From: an uncultured delta proteobacterium
Lineage (GTDB): Bacteria; Desulfobacterota; Binatia; HRBIN30; BPIQ01
Length of the DNA: 64,000 bases
NCBI GenBank assembly: GCA_963761335.1
Contig: CAVXGR010000012.1
Location: 96,001 to 160,000 of the forward strand
Direction of reading: 5' to 3'
The notes beneath the pieces are model-generated. The model saw only the letters and a program-made list of their open reading frames with translations. It had not been told where the DNA came from and made no database searches. A program made the position numbers and the translations under genes. Positions 10,212-22,403 of this stretch are shown one piece after another; within the stretch, counting starts at the first letter, position 1, and each line of letters begins with the position of its first letter.

Positions 10212-11510
10212 ATGAGTTCAGGCATGACGAGAACGCTGGTCGCCGATCTTCGCCCACACATCGGCGAGCCGGTTCTGTTGAAGGGCTGGGTGTATCGCCT
10301 GCGGGAAACCAAGTCCACCGTCTTCATCGTTCTGCGCGACTGCTCGGGGACGATCCAGGTGGTCGCCGGTCCGGCAGCCCTGCGCGGACGGGGCGTGCAT
10401 ACCGACTGCGCCGTGGCCATCTGCGGCCGCCCGCGCGCCGACGAGCGCGCCCCCGGGGGCATGGAGGTCGACCTCGACGACATCGAGGTGCTCGGCGACG
10501 CCGAGCAGAACCTGCCGTTCAGCGCCACCTCGAATCTCGAGGGAATCTCCCAGGACCTCATCCTCAACTACCGGCCGCTGTCGCTGCGCACCGAACGCGG
10601 CTCGACCATCTTCCGGGTGCAGGCGGCGCTCGCCGAAGGCTTTCGCGAGGCGCTGCGGCGGCGGCGCTTCCTCGAGATCTTCACCTCCAAGATCGTCTCC
10701 GGCGGCACCGAGGGCGGCAGCAATCTGTTCCAGATCCGTTACTTCAACCGCGCCGCCTATCTGGCGCAGAGCCCGCAGTTCTACAAGGAGCACGGCGTCG
10801 CCGGCCTCGAGCGCGTCTTCGAGACCGGGCATGTGTACCGCGCCGAGCCGCACGCCTCGTCGCGGCATCTGACGGAGTACTACTCGCTCGATTTCGAGAT
10901 GGGGTTCATCTGCGGCCCGCGGGACGTCATCGAGATGGAGCGCGAGGTGCTCGACGAGATGTTCGCCACCATCCGCTCGCGCTTCGCCGATCCGCTCGAG
11001 AAATTCCCGTCGTACCTTCCCGAGCTCGGCAAGGCGCCGGTATGGGAGTTCGACGAGTGCCTCGACCGGCTGCGCCGAGTCCACGATCGCAGCGATCTCA
11101 AGGACGACCTCGATCCGGAAGCGGAGCGCCAGCTGTGCGCCATGGCGGAGGAGGAATCCGGGGTGGCGGCGGTCTTCGTCCTCGGCTTCCCGCTGTCGAA
11201 TCGGCCGTTCTACACGCACCCGACCGCCGACGGCCGCCGCGCCGAGGGCTTCGACCTGCTTTTCCGCGGCGTCGAGATCACCACCGGCGGCCAGCGCCTG
11301 CACAGGCGCGCCGATCTCGAGGCGGCCCTGCGGGCGCGCGGTATCGATCCCGCGGCGTTCGAGTCTCACCTGCGCATGTTCGACATCGGCATGCCGCCGC
11401 ACGGCGGCCTGGCGATCGGCCTCGAGCGCCTCACCTCACAGATCCTCGGCCTCAAGAACGTCCGCGAGGCCACCCTCTATCCGCGCGACGTCAACCGCAT
11501 CGAGCCCTGA
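10212..11510 (+). CDS. aspS: Archaeal/eukaryal-type (likely non-discriminating) aspartyl-tRNA synthetase
   Basis: ~430 aa without GAD insert; GTEGGSNLF, YLAQSPQFYK, YRAEPHASSRHLTE, EITTGGQR, GMPPHGGLAIGLERL; RAPGG loop. Confidence 0.9.
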   Translation: MSSGMTRTLVADLRPHIGEPVLLKGWVYRLRETKSTVFIVLRDCSGTIQVVAGPAALRGRGVHTDCAVAICGRPRADERAPGGMEVDLDDIEVLGDAEQNLPFSATSNLEGISQDLILNYRPLSLRTERGSTIFRVQAALAEGFREALRRRRFLEIFTSKIVSGGTEGGSNLFQIRYFNRAAYLAQSPQFYKEHGVAGLERVFETGHVYRAEPHASSRHLTEYYSLDFEMGFICGPRDVIEMEREVLDEMFATIRSRFADPLEKFPSYLPELGKAPVWEFDECLDRLRRVHDRSDLKDDLDPEAERQLCAMAEEESGVAAVFVLGFPLSNRPFYTHPTADGRRAEGFDLLFRGVEITTGGQRLHRRADLEAALRARGIDPAAFESHLRMFDIGMPPHGGLAIGLERLTSQILGLKNVREATLYPRDVNRIEP

Positions 11511-11514
11511 CGAC

Positions 11515-12050
11515 GGGGACAGTGCATCATGAGCCTTGCGGCTCACCAGTAGACGATGAAAATGAGGCCGGGGATCTCCCCGGCAAGAGATTTGGAGGTT
11601 CTCGCCTGGGCGAAGCTCGCCCCGGAGGGGCGGCGGCGTGTAGCCCCCGGTGAAACCCGGGGAAAAATGCGCGCTCCGTCATAGGCGCCCCGTCAGGGGC
11701 GCGGGCAGATTTTCGTCGATGTCGCACCTGTACGCCGATGATCACCGCTGGGTGCGTGGGAAGCTCATCGAGGTGATTCACGCGGTTTCTACGCCCGCGC
11801 CCCTCCGGGGCACTGATCTGGGCCGAAATCGGAACGCGGTCCCCGGGTTAACACCCGGGGCTACATGCCCGCGCCCCTCCGGGGCGATAATCTCCACGCC
11901 AACCGCTGGGGCGGTCATCTCCCAACCGCCGGGGCTCCGCCGGACCTTCACCCAAGACATTTTCGAAGCAGGCCACTTTTGCCTCTCGGCACCTGATCCC
12001 TGCCGCCGATCCGGCCGCAAAAGTTGCCTGTCCCCATCAAGGCTGTCCCC
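11515..12050. repeat. Nested REP cluster: GGGGACAG...CTGTCCCC ends enclosing inverted GTAG-REP composites (11617-11706, 11793-11887)
   Basis: Direct reading of both strands; CTGTCCCCATCA duplicated at 12028 and 12043. Confidence 0.75.
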
Positions 12051-12051
12051 A

Positions 12052-13071
12052 TCACGGCCGCAGCTCCTCCGGGGCGCGCATCAAACGCGCCGCAAAATCG
12101 ATGACCCGCAGCGCCGCATCGGGAGCCGCGACTGCGGCAACCCGTGCCGCGCCGATGGTGCGCCGCATCATCTCGATGCCGGCGTAGCGGACGACATCGC
12201 GGAAAGCGGGTATCTGGCTGCCGTGCGCTGCGACATAGGCGCGCCACACGGCTCGTACCCCGGCCACTCCGCGGCCGGCGTCTCGGGCCGCCACGGCCGG
12301 CAACAGCACGTGCGCCGCGAGCGTCCCCACGTCGAAGGCCGGGTCGCCGACGTGGGCGATCTCGGCATCGAGCAGCTTGGTGCCGCGACCGCCGAGGAGG
12401 ACGTTGCCGCCCTGCACGTCGGCGTGCACCAGGGCACCGCGCGGCTCGAGATAGCGGCGGTAGGCCGCCGCGGCGATCTCGACCAGCGCCGTATCGCCCT
12501 GGATCGCCACCGCTCTCTCGTTCACTTCGGGCGGCAGGGGAAATTCGTTGGCACGGAAGGGCAGGTCGAAGATGTGCTCGCCGTGCAGGCGCCGCATGCC
12601 GTCGTTGGCGAACTCCGACGCCAGGCCGGGCTGCCGCGTCGCCGCGTGCACCGCGCCCAGAAACGCGCCGAGAGCCTCGAGCACCCCGAGCGGCTGCTCT
12701 CCCCGCGCCAGCACCTCGTCCAGGCGCGGCACCGCGCCGGCGTCCTCGAGAATCAGAACCCGTTCCGCCTCGTCAAAGGCGATGACATGCGGGCAGATGC
12801 CGGCCCCGGGCAGATCACGCGTCTTCTCGTAATAGCGATGCTCGAAGACGATGCGCTCGGTCGGCGCCTGGTACTCGGGGAAGCGCTCCAGCGAGGGGCG
12901 GGCCTGCTTGACGATCCACGAGGGCCCGTTGGCGTCGCGCGCCCGCCGCACCCAATTGATGTTGCCGTCGCCGGCCGGCTCGACCGTGATACCCGCTGCA
13001 TCGGCGACGACGCCGAGACGCACCAGGTAGTCGGGCAACGAGGCGTCGGTGAGAAATGTCTGCGGAGGCAT
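12052..13071 (-). CDS. 5-methylthioribose kinase-like (APH-fold) phosphotransferase
   Basis: AGDGNINWV..WIVKQARP..ERIVFE, LVHADVQGGNV, LLDAEIAHVGDPAFDVG. Confidence 0.78.
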   Translation of the reverse strand: MPPQTFLTDASLPDYLVRLGVVADAAGITVEPAGDGNINWVRRARDANGPSWIVKQARPSLERFPEYQAPTERIVFEHRYYEKTRDLPGAGICPHVIAFDEAERVLILEDAGAVPRLDEVLARGEQPLGVLEALGAFLGAVHAATRQPGLASEFANDGMRRLHGEHIFDLPFRANEFPLPPEVNERAVAIQGDTALVEIAAAAYRRYLEPRGALVHADVQGGNVLLGGRGTKLLDAEIAHVGDPAFDVGTLAAHVLLPAVAARDAGRGVAGVRAVWRAYVAAHGSQIPAFRDVVRYAGIEMMRRTIGAARVAAVAAPDAALRVIDFAARLMRAPEELRP

Positions 13072-13247
13072 GCAAGGTGAAGGATAGCCGTCTTCCGCTC
13101 GGAGCACGACGGTTTCGCCGCCGCCGTAGAAGCGGCGCCTCGCCGAGGCCGGCCACGTCGTCGAGCACCTTGGAGAACCGGTGACCGGGGATGGAGAACC
13201 GGCTAGCCGGGCTGGGGTGTGGTGTCGGCCGGCGCTCGGAGATTGAA

Positions 13248-13646
13248 TGCGAGGCGGCGTTCCCACATCTTCGTGCCCGCGGTGCCGGTCGCATCATCAA
13301 CATCGTCTCCCTCGCCGCCGAGCGCGGCGATCCGGGCCTGGGAAGCTACAACGCCGCCAAGATGGCCATCCTCGGGCTGTCGCGCACCGCGGCCCGCGAG
13401 TGGGGGCGGCACGGCATCCTGGTCAACTGCATCGCCCCGGCGGCGGCGAGCAAGCGCGGTCAGGACTACGCGGCGCGCGACCCGGAGCGCTTCGCGCGCA
13501 TCATGAGCGAGCGGCCCATCGGCCGGCTCGGCGATCCGCTCGAGGATATCGCGCCGATCGCCGTCTTCCTCGCGACCGAAGACTCGCGCTATCTGACCGG
13601 CCACACCTTCTACGCCGACGGTGGGGCGCACATATCCGCTGCATAG
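13248..13646 (+). pseudogene. C-terminal half of an SDR oxidoreductase (no Rossmann N-terminus)
   Basis: AAFPHL..GRIINIVS..YNAAK..VNCIAP..YLTGHTFYADGG; no GxxxGxG upstream. Confidence 0.8.
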
Positions 13647-13650
13647 ACTC

Positions 13651-14130
13651 ATGAAGCTCGGCCTCCAGGACCGCATCGCCGTGGTTACCGGCTCGAGTGC
13701 CGGCATCGGGCGCGCCATCGCCGGGGCGCTGGCGGACGAGGGCGCCGCCGTCGTCCTCAGCGCCCGCGGCGCCGAGCGCCTCGAGGAGACGCGGGCGGCG
13801 CTCACCAGCGCCGGCGCCATGGTCGAGGCCGTGGTCGCCGACGTATCGACCGCCGCCGGCGCCACCGAGGTGATCCAGGCCGCCATCCACCGCTTCGGGC
13901 GCATCGACATCCTGGTCAACAACGCCGGCGGCAGCCCCGGCCCGGCGGGTTTTCTGGCTCTGGCCGACGAGGACTGGCAACGCGCCTTCGACGACAACCT
14001 GATGAGCGCGGTGCGCTGCGCTCGTGCCGCCATTCCGCACATGCAGGAGCAGGGAGGCGGGCGCATCATCAACATCGCCTCCACCTCGGCGCATCAGCCC
14101 GACGTCATCGTCTGCCACTACAACGCCGCC

Positions 14131-14133
<3 letters not shown>
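13651..14133 (+). pseudogene. N-terminal two-thirds of an SDR oxidoreductase, truncated at YNAAK
   Basis: VVTGSSAGIG, ILVNNAG, GRIINIAS, YNAAK, then the sequence switches to antisense tRNA. Confidence 0.82.
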
Positions 14134-14219
<86 letters not shown>

Positions 14220-14382
14220 GTACGACCGACTGTGTAGCGCCCGCGGAGTCGCTGGTCAAGGCATCCCTGGTCAGTGGCACATAGAGGGGAGGGGGGCTTC
14301 TCCGGCGCCGTCCCAGCGTTGCGCGGCCGCGGCGATTGGGATAGCCAGGACTCCATCGTTTTCCCTGTGCTGAGGATGGAAA

Positions 14383-17022
<2,640 letters not shown>

Positions 17023-17032
17023 GGAAGAGGAT

Positions 17033-17134
17033 GGTTATCGGGTTTGCGGGTTGTCGGGTTTGTTGGTTCAGCAGTCCCGCTCGAAGCGTCAACCCGGGAA
17101 CCCGACCACTCGCAAACCCGGTAAGCCGATAGCC
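17033..17134. repeat. Octamer-periodic imperfect inverted repeat between valS and nadC
   Basis: GGTTATCG GGTTTGCG GGTTGTCG GGTTTGTT ... CGGGAACC CGACCACT CGCAAACC CGGTAAGC CGATAGCC. Confidence 0.7.
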
Positions 17135-17140
17135 CGAAAG

Positions 17141-17992
17141 ATGGACCTCCCGCTCGCCGCCGTTCGATCATTCATCGCCGCCGCTCTCGCCGAGGACGTT
17201 GGCCGGGGCGACCTCACCACGCGGCTGACGGTCGCGGAGACGGCAACGGCGCTGGCGGTCATCTCGGCGAAGGAGGAGGCCGTGGTTGCCGGCGCCGCGC
17301 TGGTGCCGCTGGTCTTCGCCGAGGCCGGCGGCGGTGTCGAGGTCGAAAGCCGCGTCCGCGACGGCGAGCGCGTCTCTCCCGGGGTGGAGATCTGTCGAGC
17401 CCGCGGCCGCGCCCGCACGCTGCTGAGCGGCGAGCGCCTCGCCCTCAATCTTCTCCAGCAGCTCTCCGGCGTGGCGACGCTGACGCGTCGCTTCGCCGAC
17501 GCCGTACAGGGAACCGGGGCGCGCATCGTCGACACCCGCAAGACGGTGCCGGGCATGCGCCTGCTGCAGAAGTACGCGGTGCGCGTCGGCGGCGGCAGCA
17601 ATCACCGCTTCGGACTCGACGACGGCATCCTCATCAAGGACAACCACATCGCCGCGGCCGGCGGTATCGGCGCCGCCGTCGCCCGCGCCCGCGCCGGTGC
17701 TCCGCACGGCCTCGGCATCGAGGTCGAGTGCGAGAGCATGGCAGAGGTGCGCGAGGCGCTGGCGGCTGGGGCCGACATCATCCTTCTCGACAACATGAGC
17801 GCGGCGATCATGCGCGAGGCGGCGGAGCTCATCGGCGGGCGCGCCCGCAGCGAAGCCTCGGGGGGCATCCGCCTCGACACCGTGCGGGCCGCGGCCGAAG
17901 CCGGAGTCGATCTGATCTCGGTCGGGTCACTGACGCACTCGGCGCCGGCGGTCGACATTCACATGCAGCTCGAGGGCCTCGGCGACGCCTGA
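17141..17992 (+). CDS. nadC: Quinolinate phosphoribosyltransferase
   Basis: EDVGRGDLTT, ERLALN, DTRKT, NHRFGL, LIKDNH, LLDNM, EASGGI. Confidence 0.96.
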   Translation: MDLPLAAVRSFIAAALAEDVGRGDLTTRLTVAETATALAVISAKEEAVVAGAALVPLVFAEAGGGVEVESRVRDGERVSPGVEICRARGRARTLLSGERLALNLLQQLSGVATLTRRFADAVQGTGARIVDTRKTVPGMRLLQKYAVRVGGGSNHRFGLDDGILIKDNHIAAAGGIGAAVARARAGAPHGLGIEVECESMAEVREALAAGADIILLDNMSAAIMREAAELIGGRARSEASGGIRLDTVRAAAEAGVDLISVGSLTHSAPAVDIHMQLEGLGDA

Positions 17993-17995
17993 CCG

Positions 17996-18811
17996 ATGGC
18001 GAAGATCGCTGCCGCGGAGGTGCGGCGCGCCGCTCATCTGGGGCGCCTCGGTTGCGAGATCGAGTCCTTCGACGAGCTCGGCTCCACCAACACCGAAGCG
18101 GCGGCGCGCGCCCGCGCCGGTGCGCCCGAGGGGCTGCTGGTGCTCGCCGATGCGCAGAGCCGCGGCCGCGGCCGTCTCGGACGTTCCTGGGTGTCTCCTC
18201 CCGGCCGCAATCTCTACGCCTCGCTGGTCCTGCGCCCGCCGCTGCCGCCGGCGCAGGTGCCGCTGATCACCCTGACCGCGGGCCTGGCGGTGGCCGAGAC
18301 GGTGGCCCACTGGGTCGGCGAGCGCACCCGCATCAAATGGCCCAACGACGTCGTCGTCGACGGCCGCAAGATCGCCGGAATCCTCAGCGAGATGGACACC
18401 GACGGGGGCGGCGTGCGCTTCGTGATCGTCGGCATCGGGGTGAACGTCAACGCCACTGCCGGCGATTTCCCGCCCGAGGTTCGCCCCCTGGCGACCTCGC
18501 TGTGGCAATGCACCGGGGCTGCCGTCGACCGTGCCGCCGTCTGTGCCCGCCTGCTCTCGCGCCTGGAGCTCTGGTACGAGGCTCTGCTGCAGCGCGGCTT
18601 CTCGCCCATCGCCGCCGAGTGGAACCGCTGGGACATGCTGCGCGGGCGGCAGGTGCAGGTGCAGGACGGGCCGCGGCGGATCGAGGGACGCGTCGAGGGG
18701 ATCGGCGACGACGGGCGGCTGCGGCTGCTTGCCGATGCCGGCGTCGAGCTGATCGCGGCCGGGGACGTCACCGTTCTCAAGGCGGAAAATCTCGTCGCGA
18801 CGCGCATTTGA
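17996..18811 (+). CDS. birA: Biotin-protein ligase (no HTH)
   Basis: STN, QSRGRGRLGRSW, KWPND, KIAGIL, GIGVNV. Confidence 0.95.
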   Translation: MAKIAAAEVRRAAHLGRLGCEIESFDELGSTNTEAAARARAGAPEGLLVLADAQSRGRGRLGRSWVSPPGRNLYASLVLRPPLPPAQVPLITLTAGLAVAETVAHWVGERTRIKWPNDVVVDGRKIAGILSEMDTDGGGVRFVIVGIGVNVNATAGDFPPEVRPLATSLWQCTGAAVDRAAVCARLLSRLELWYEALLQRGFSPIAAEWNRWDMLRGRQVQVQDGPRRIEGRVEGIGDDGRLRLLADAGVELIAAGDVTVLKAENLVATRI

Positions 18812-18859
18812 ACCAATGATCTGATCTGATATCAAAATCCTGACCCCAGGGCCTGCGGC

Positions 18860-19627
18860 ATGTCCATGTTCCTCGCGATCGACGTCGGCAATACCCACAC
18901 GGTCCTCGGCATGTACGAGGACCAGCAGCTGCGCCGGCACTGGCGCCTGCAGACGGATCCCGGCCGCACCGTGGACGAGTACGGCCTCATGGTCCGCAGC
19001 CTCTTCGACGCCGCTCATCTCCGCCAGCTGCAGGGCATCGCCGTTGCCTGCGTGGTGCCGCCCATGACCGCCGTCATCGAGGAGATGTGTCGCACCTACC
19101 TCGGCAACGATCCCCTGATCGTCGGGCCCGGAGTGAAGACGGGGGTGCAGATCTTCTACGAGAACCCCCGCGAGGTCGGCGCCGACCGTATCGTCAACGC
19201 GATCGCCGCCTACGAGCGCACCGCGGACGCCACCATCGTCGTCGACTTCGGCACCGCCACCACCTTCGACTGCATTTCCAAGAAGGGCGACTACCTCGGC
19301 GGCGTCATCACGCCGGGTCTGGGGATCGCCAGCGACGCCCTGTTCGACCGCGCCGCCAAGCTCTATCGCGTCGAGTTCACCAAGCCCAAGCAGGTGATCG
19401 GGCGAAACACGCGCCATGCAATCCAGTCCGGCTTGATCTACGGGTACGTGTCGCTGGTCGACGGCATCGTGCAGCGGGTTCGCCGGGAGATGCGCTGCGA
19501 GGCCCGCGTGCTCGCCACCGGCGGCTACGCGGCGCTGCTGGCGCCGGAATCGGAGACCATCGAGAGCGTCGACGAGTTTCTCACCCTCGACGGGCTGCGC
19601 ATATTGTACGATAGGAACCGAGAGTGA
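18860..19627 (+). CDS. coaX: Type III pantothenate kinase
   Basis: IDVGNT, GADR, VDFGTATT, GGVITPG, ATGG. Confidence 0.96.
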   Translation: MSMFLAIDVGNTHTVLGMYEDQQLRRHWRLQTDPGRTVDEYGLMVRSLFDAAHLRQLQGIAVACVVPPMTAVIEEMCRTYLGNDPLIVGPGVKTGVQIFYENPREVGADRIVNAIAAYERTADATIVVDFGTATTFDCISKKGDYLGGVITPGLGIASDALFDRAAKLYRVEFTKPKQVIGRNTRHAIQSGLIYGYVSLVDGIVQRVRREMRCEARVLATGGYAALLAPESETIESVDEFLTLDGLRILYDRNRE

Positions 19628-19712
19628 CGGCTTTGGCTCAGGCGGCGGCTGACACGACCGCAAAAGTCTGATCGACGCGAGCCGGCGCCGAGCGAACCGA
19701 TTGGGAGGGAAA

Positions 19713-21791
19713 ATGGCTGACGACGTCAAACTCATTCGCAACCTCGGAATCGTCGGGCAGGGCGGTGCCGGCAAGACCTCGCTCGCCGAGGCCCTGCTGT
19801 TCGTGGGCGGCGGCACCAACCGCCTCGGCCGAGTGGACGATGGCAGCTCCAACTTCGACTTCGAGCCCGAAGAGGTGCGCCGGCAGATCACGCTGACCTC
19901 GGCCCTGCACCACCTCGCCTGGAAGAAGCACGAGATCACCCTCATCGACACCCCGGGGTACGCCAACTTCCTCGCCGACGGCCTCAACTGCATGCGCGGC
20001 TTTACCGGGCTGGCGTTCGTGCTGGCCCCCGCCGCCGGCGAGCTCAAGGTCGAGGCGGAGAAGGTGTGGGCGCAGGCCAACAAGCTGCAGCTGCCGCGCC
20101 TCGCCTTCGTCTCCAAGATGGACCGCGAGCGCGCCGACTTCGAGGCCGCGGTCGACGATTTCACCAAGGTCCTCGGGGCGCGCCCGGCGGTGCTCCAGCT
20201 TCCCATCGGTGCCGCGGAGTCCTTCCGCGGCACCATCGATCTGCTGCGGATGAAGGCCCTGGTCGCCGCCGCGGACGGCTCGGTGAAGGAGGAGGAGATT
20301 CCGCCGGAGCTCGAGGCGGAGGCGAGTGCCGCCCGCGAGAAGCTGATCGAGACGGCCGCCGAGGCCAACGACGATCTGGTCGAGCGCTACCTGGAAGAGG
20401 GGACACTCACCGACGACGAGCTGCTCTCGGCGCTGCGCGAAGGGACGCGCACCGGCAAGTTCGTGCCCGTGCTCTGCGGCTCCGGGAGCAGCCTCGCGGG
20501 AGCGACGGCACTGCTCGATGCCGCCATCGAGCTGCTGCCGTCGCCCGTCGAGGCCGCCCCGATGGAAGGTACCGATCCAAAGATCCACGAGCCGCTGAAT
20601 CGTCCGCGCGACCCCTCGGCGCCGTTCTCGGGCTTCGTCCTCAAGACGATCGTCGACCCGTTCGCCGGCCGCCTCTCCGTGTTCCAGGTGGTCTCCGGCA
20701 CGCTGCACTCCGACGGCAACGTGCTCAACACCACCAAGGACTCGCGCGAGCACATCGGCCACCTGCTGCGGGTCGAGGGAAAGAAGCAGCAGCAGATCGC
20801 CCAGGCGATCGCCGGCGAGATCGTCGCCGTCGCCAAGCTCAAGGACACCGCCAGCGGCGATACGCTCGCCGACGAGAAGGCCCCCATCGTCTACCCGCCA
20901 CTCCCCGAGTACTCCTCGGCGATCTCCTTCGCCCTCGAGCCGAAGAGCAAGGGCGACGAGGAGAAGGCCTCGCAGGCGCTGCAGCGCATGATGGAGGAGG
21001 ATCTGACGCTCAAGGTGCATCGCGACCCGCAGACCAATGAGCTCATTCTCTCCGGTGTCGGCCAGCTGCACGTCGAGGTGACCGTCGAGAAGCTCAAGCG
21101 CAAGTACGGCGTCGAGGTCGAGCTGAAGACGCCCAAGGTCCCCTACAAGGAGACCATCAAGGGGAGGGCCAAGGCCCAGGGACGCCTCAAGAAGCAGACC
21201 GGCGGCCGCGGCCAGTTCGGCGACGCCTGGCTGGAGGTGGAGCCCCTGCCGCGCGGCGAGGGCTTCGAGTTCGCCAATCAGATCGTCGGCGGCGTGGTGC
21301 CGCGGCAGTACATTCCGGCGGTGGAGAAGGGGATTCGCGAGGCCATGACCGAGGGCTTCCTGGCCGGTTATCCCATGGTCGACGTCAAGGCGATACTCTA
21401 CGACGGCTCCTACCACGAGGTGGACTCCTCGGAGATGGCGTTCAAGATCGCCGCCTCGCTCGGCTTCAAGGCCGCCGTGAGCCAGGCAAAGCCGATCCTG
21501 CTCGAGCCGGTGATGCAGATGGAGGTGATCGTCCCCGACGACTGCATGGGCGACGTCATCGGCGACCTCAACAGCCGCCGCGGCAAGGTGCTCGGCGTCG
21601 ACCCGCGTCCGAACGGTCAGCTGATCCGCGCCATGGTGCCCATGGCCGAGGTGCTCAAGTACGCCCCCGACCTGCGCTCGATGACCGGCGGGCGCGGCAG
21701 CTTCTCGATCGAGTTCGGGCGCTACGAGGAGCTGCCGGCGCATCTGACCGAGAAGGTGGTCAAGGAAACCGAGGCCGCCAAGAAGGAGTGA
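19713..21791 (+). CDS. fusA: Elongation factor G paralog (EF-G2-like)
   Basis: GQGGAGKT, DTPGY, SKMD, KKQTGGRGQFG, DGSYHEVDSSEMAF; outside the str operon. Confidence 0.9.
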   Translation: MADDVKLIRNLGIVGQGGAGKTSLAEALLFVGGGTNRLGRVDDGSSNFDFEPEEVRRQITLTSALHHLAWKKHEITLIDTPGYANFLADGLNCMRGFTGLAFVLAPAAGELKVEAEKVWAQANKLQLPRLAFVSKMDRERADFEAAVDDFTKVLGARPAVLQLPIGAAESFRGTIDLLRMKALVAAADGSVKEEEIPPELEAEASAAREKLIETAAEANDDLVERYLEEGTLTDDELLSALREGTRTGKFVPVLCGSGSSLAGATALLDAAIELLPSPVEAAPMEGTDPKIHEPLNRPRDPSAPFSGFVLKTIVDPFAGRLSVFQVVSGTLHSDGNVLNTTKDSREHIGHLLRVEGKKQQQIAQAIAGEIVAVAKLKDTASGDTLADEKAPIVYPPLPEYSSAISFALEPKSKGDEEKASQALQRMMEEDLTLKVHRDPQTNELILSGVGQLHVEVTVEKLKRKYGVEVELKTPKVPYKETIKGRAKAQGRLKKQTGGRGQFGDAWLEVEPLPRGEGFEFANQIVGGVVPRQYIPAVEKGIREAMTEGFLAGYPMVDVKAILYDGSYHEVDSSEMAFKIAASLGFKAAVSQAKPILLEPVMQMEVIVPDDCMGDVIGDLNSRRGKVLGVDPRPNGQLIRAMVPMAEVLKYAPDLRSMTGGRGSFSIEFGRYEELPAHLTEKVVKETEAAKKE

Positions 21792-22324
21792 TGAGCGAGG
21801 AGCGCAGCGAAGAGCTCGAAGCGATCGCCGAGGAGGTCCAGCATGGGAGGGACCGCATCGCCGTTCCCGAGCAGCTGCTGGCCGAGCCGGCGCCACAGGA
21901 CGAGGAGACCAAGAGCCTCTACGCCCGCATCAAGGAGATGAGCGTCGGCCAGCGCATCAAGCTGGCCCTCAAGGGAAACCGCGACGCGCGTATCCTGCTG
22001 ATCCGCGACTCGAATCGCCTGGTGCAGCGTTTCGTGCTGCAGAACCCGCGCATCAGCGACGACGAGATCATCATGGTCTGCAAGAACCGCAACACCGATA
22101 CCGAGCTGCTGCGCGTGATTGCCGAGAATCGCGATTGGTCGCACAACTCCCAGGTGAAGCAGGCGCTGGTGCACAACCCGAAGACGCCGCTGACGACTTC
22201 GCTGCCGCTGGTCGGCTCAATCGGGGAGCGCGAGCTGCGCCTGCTCGCCAAGAACAAGAACGTGCCCTCGACCATCGCCTCGCGCGCCCGCCGCCTGCTG
22301 GTGGAGCGATACGAGAAGAAATAG
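21791..22324 (+). CDS. Conserved hypothetical helical-repeat protein
   Basis: IKLALKGNRDARILLIRDSN..NPRI..NPKTP pattern; coupled to fusA; coding-like codon usage. Confidence 0.8.
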   Translation: MSEERSEELEAIAEEVQHGRDRIAVPEQLLAEPAPQDEETKSLYARIKEMSVGQRIKLALKGNRDARILLIRDSNRLVQRFVLQNPRISDDEIIMVCKNRNTDTELLRVIAENRDWSHNSQVKQALVHNPKTPLTTSLPLVGSIGERELRLLAKNKNVPSTIASRARRLLVERYEKK

Positions 22325-22403
22325 ATCCCCGGGACAGCGCCCATCTTGGGCGCAATTGCATTGAAAGAGCAGAAGCGCCCAAGACGGGCGCGGTCCCGGG
22401 GAT
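22325..22403. repeat. REPIN-like 29-bp inverted repeat between convergent genes
   Basis: ATCCCCGGGACAGCGCCCATCTTGGGCGC / GCGCCCAAGACGGGCGCGGTCCCGGGGAT. Confidence 0.8.

Noticed and set aside
11650..13080. 476-aa plus-strand ORF
   Set aside because: Runs through REP palindromes and antisense to the kinase gene
13080..13190. Minus-strand RFSKVLDDVA...GETVVL, reminiscent of a Phd/YefM antitoxin
   Set aside because: Too short, needs a frameshift, no start codon or toxin partner
18818..18834. TGATCTGATCTGATATCA between birA and coaX
   Set aside because: AT-rich and operator-like, but a single instance with no identifiable regulator
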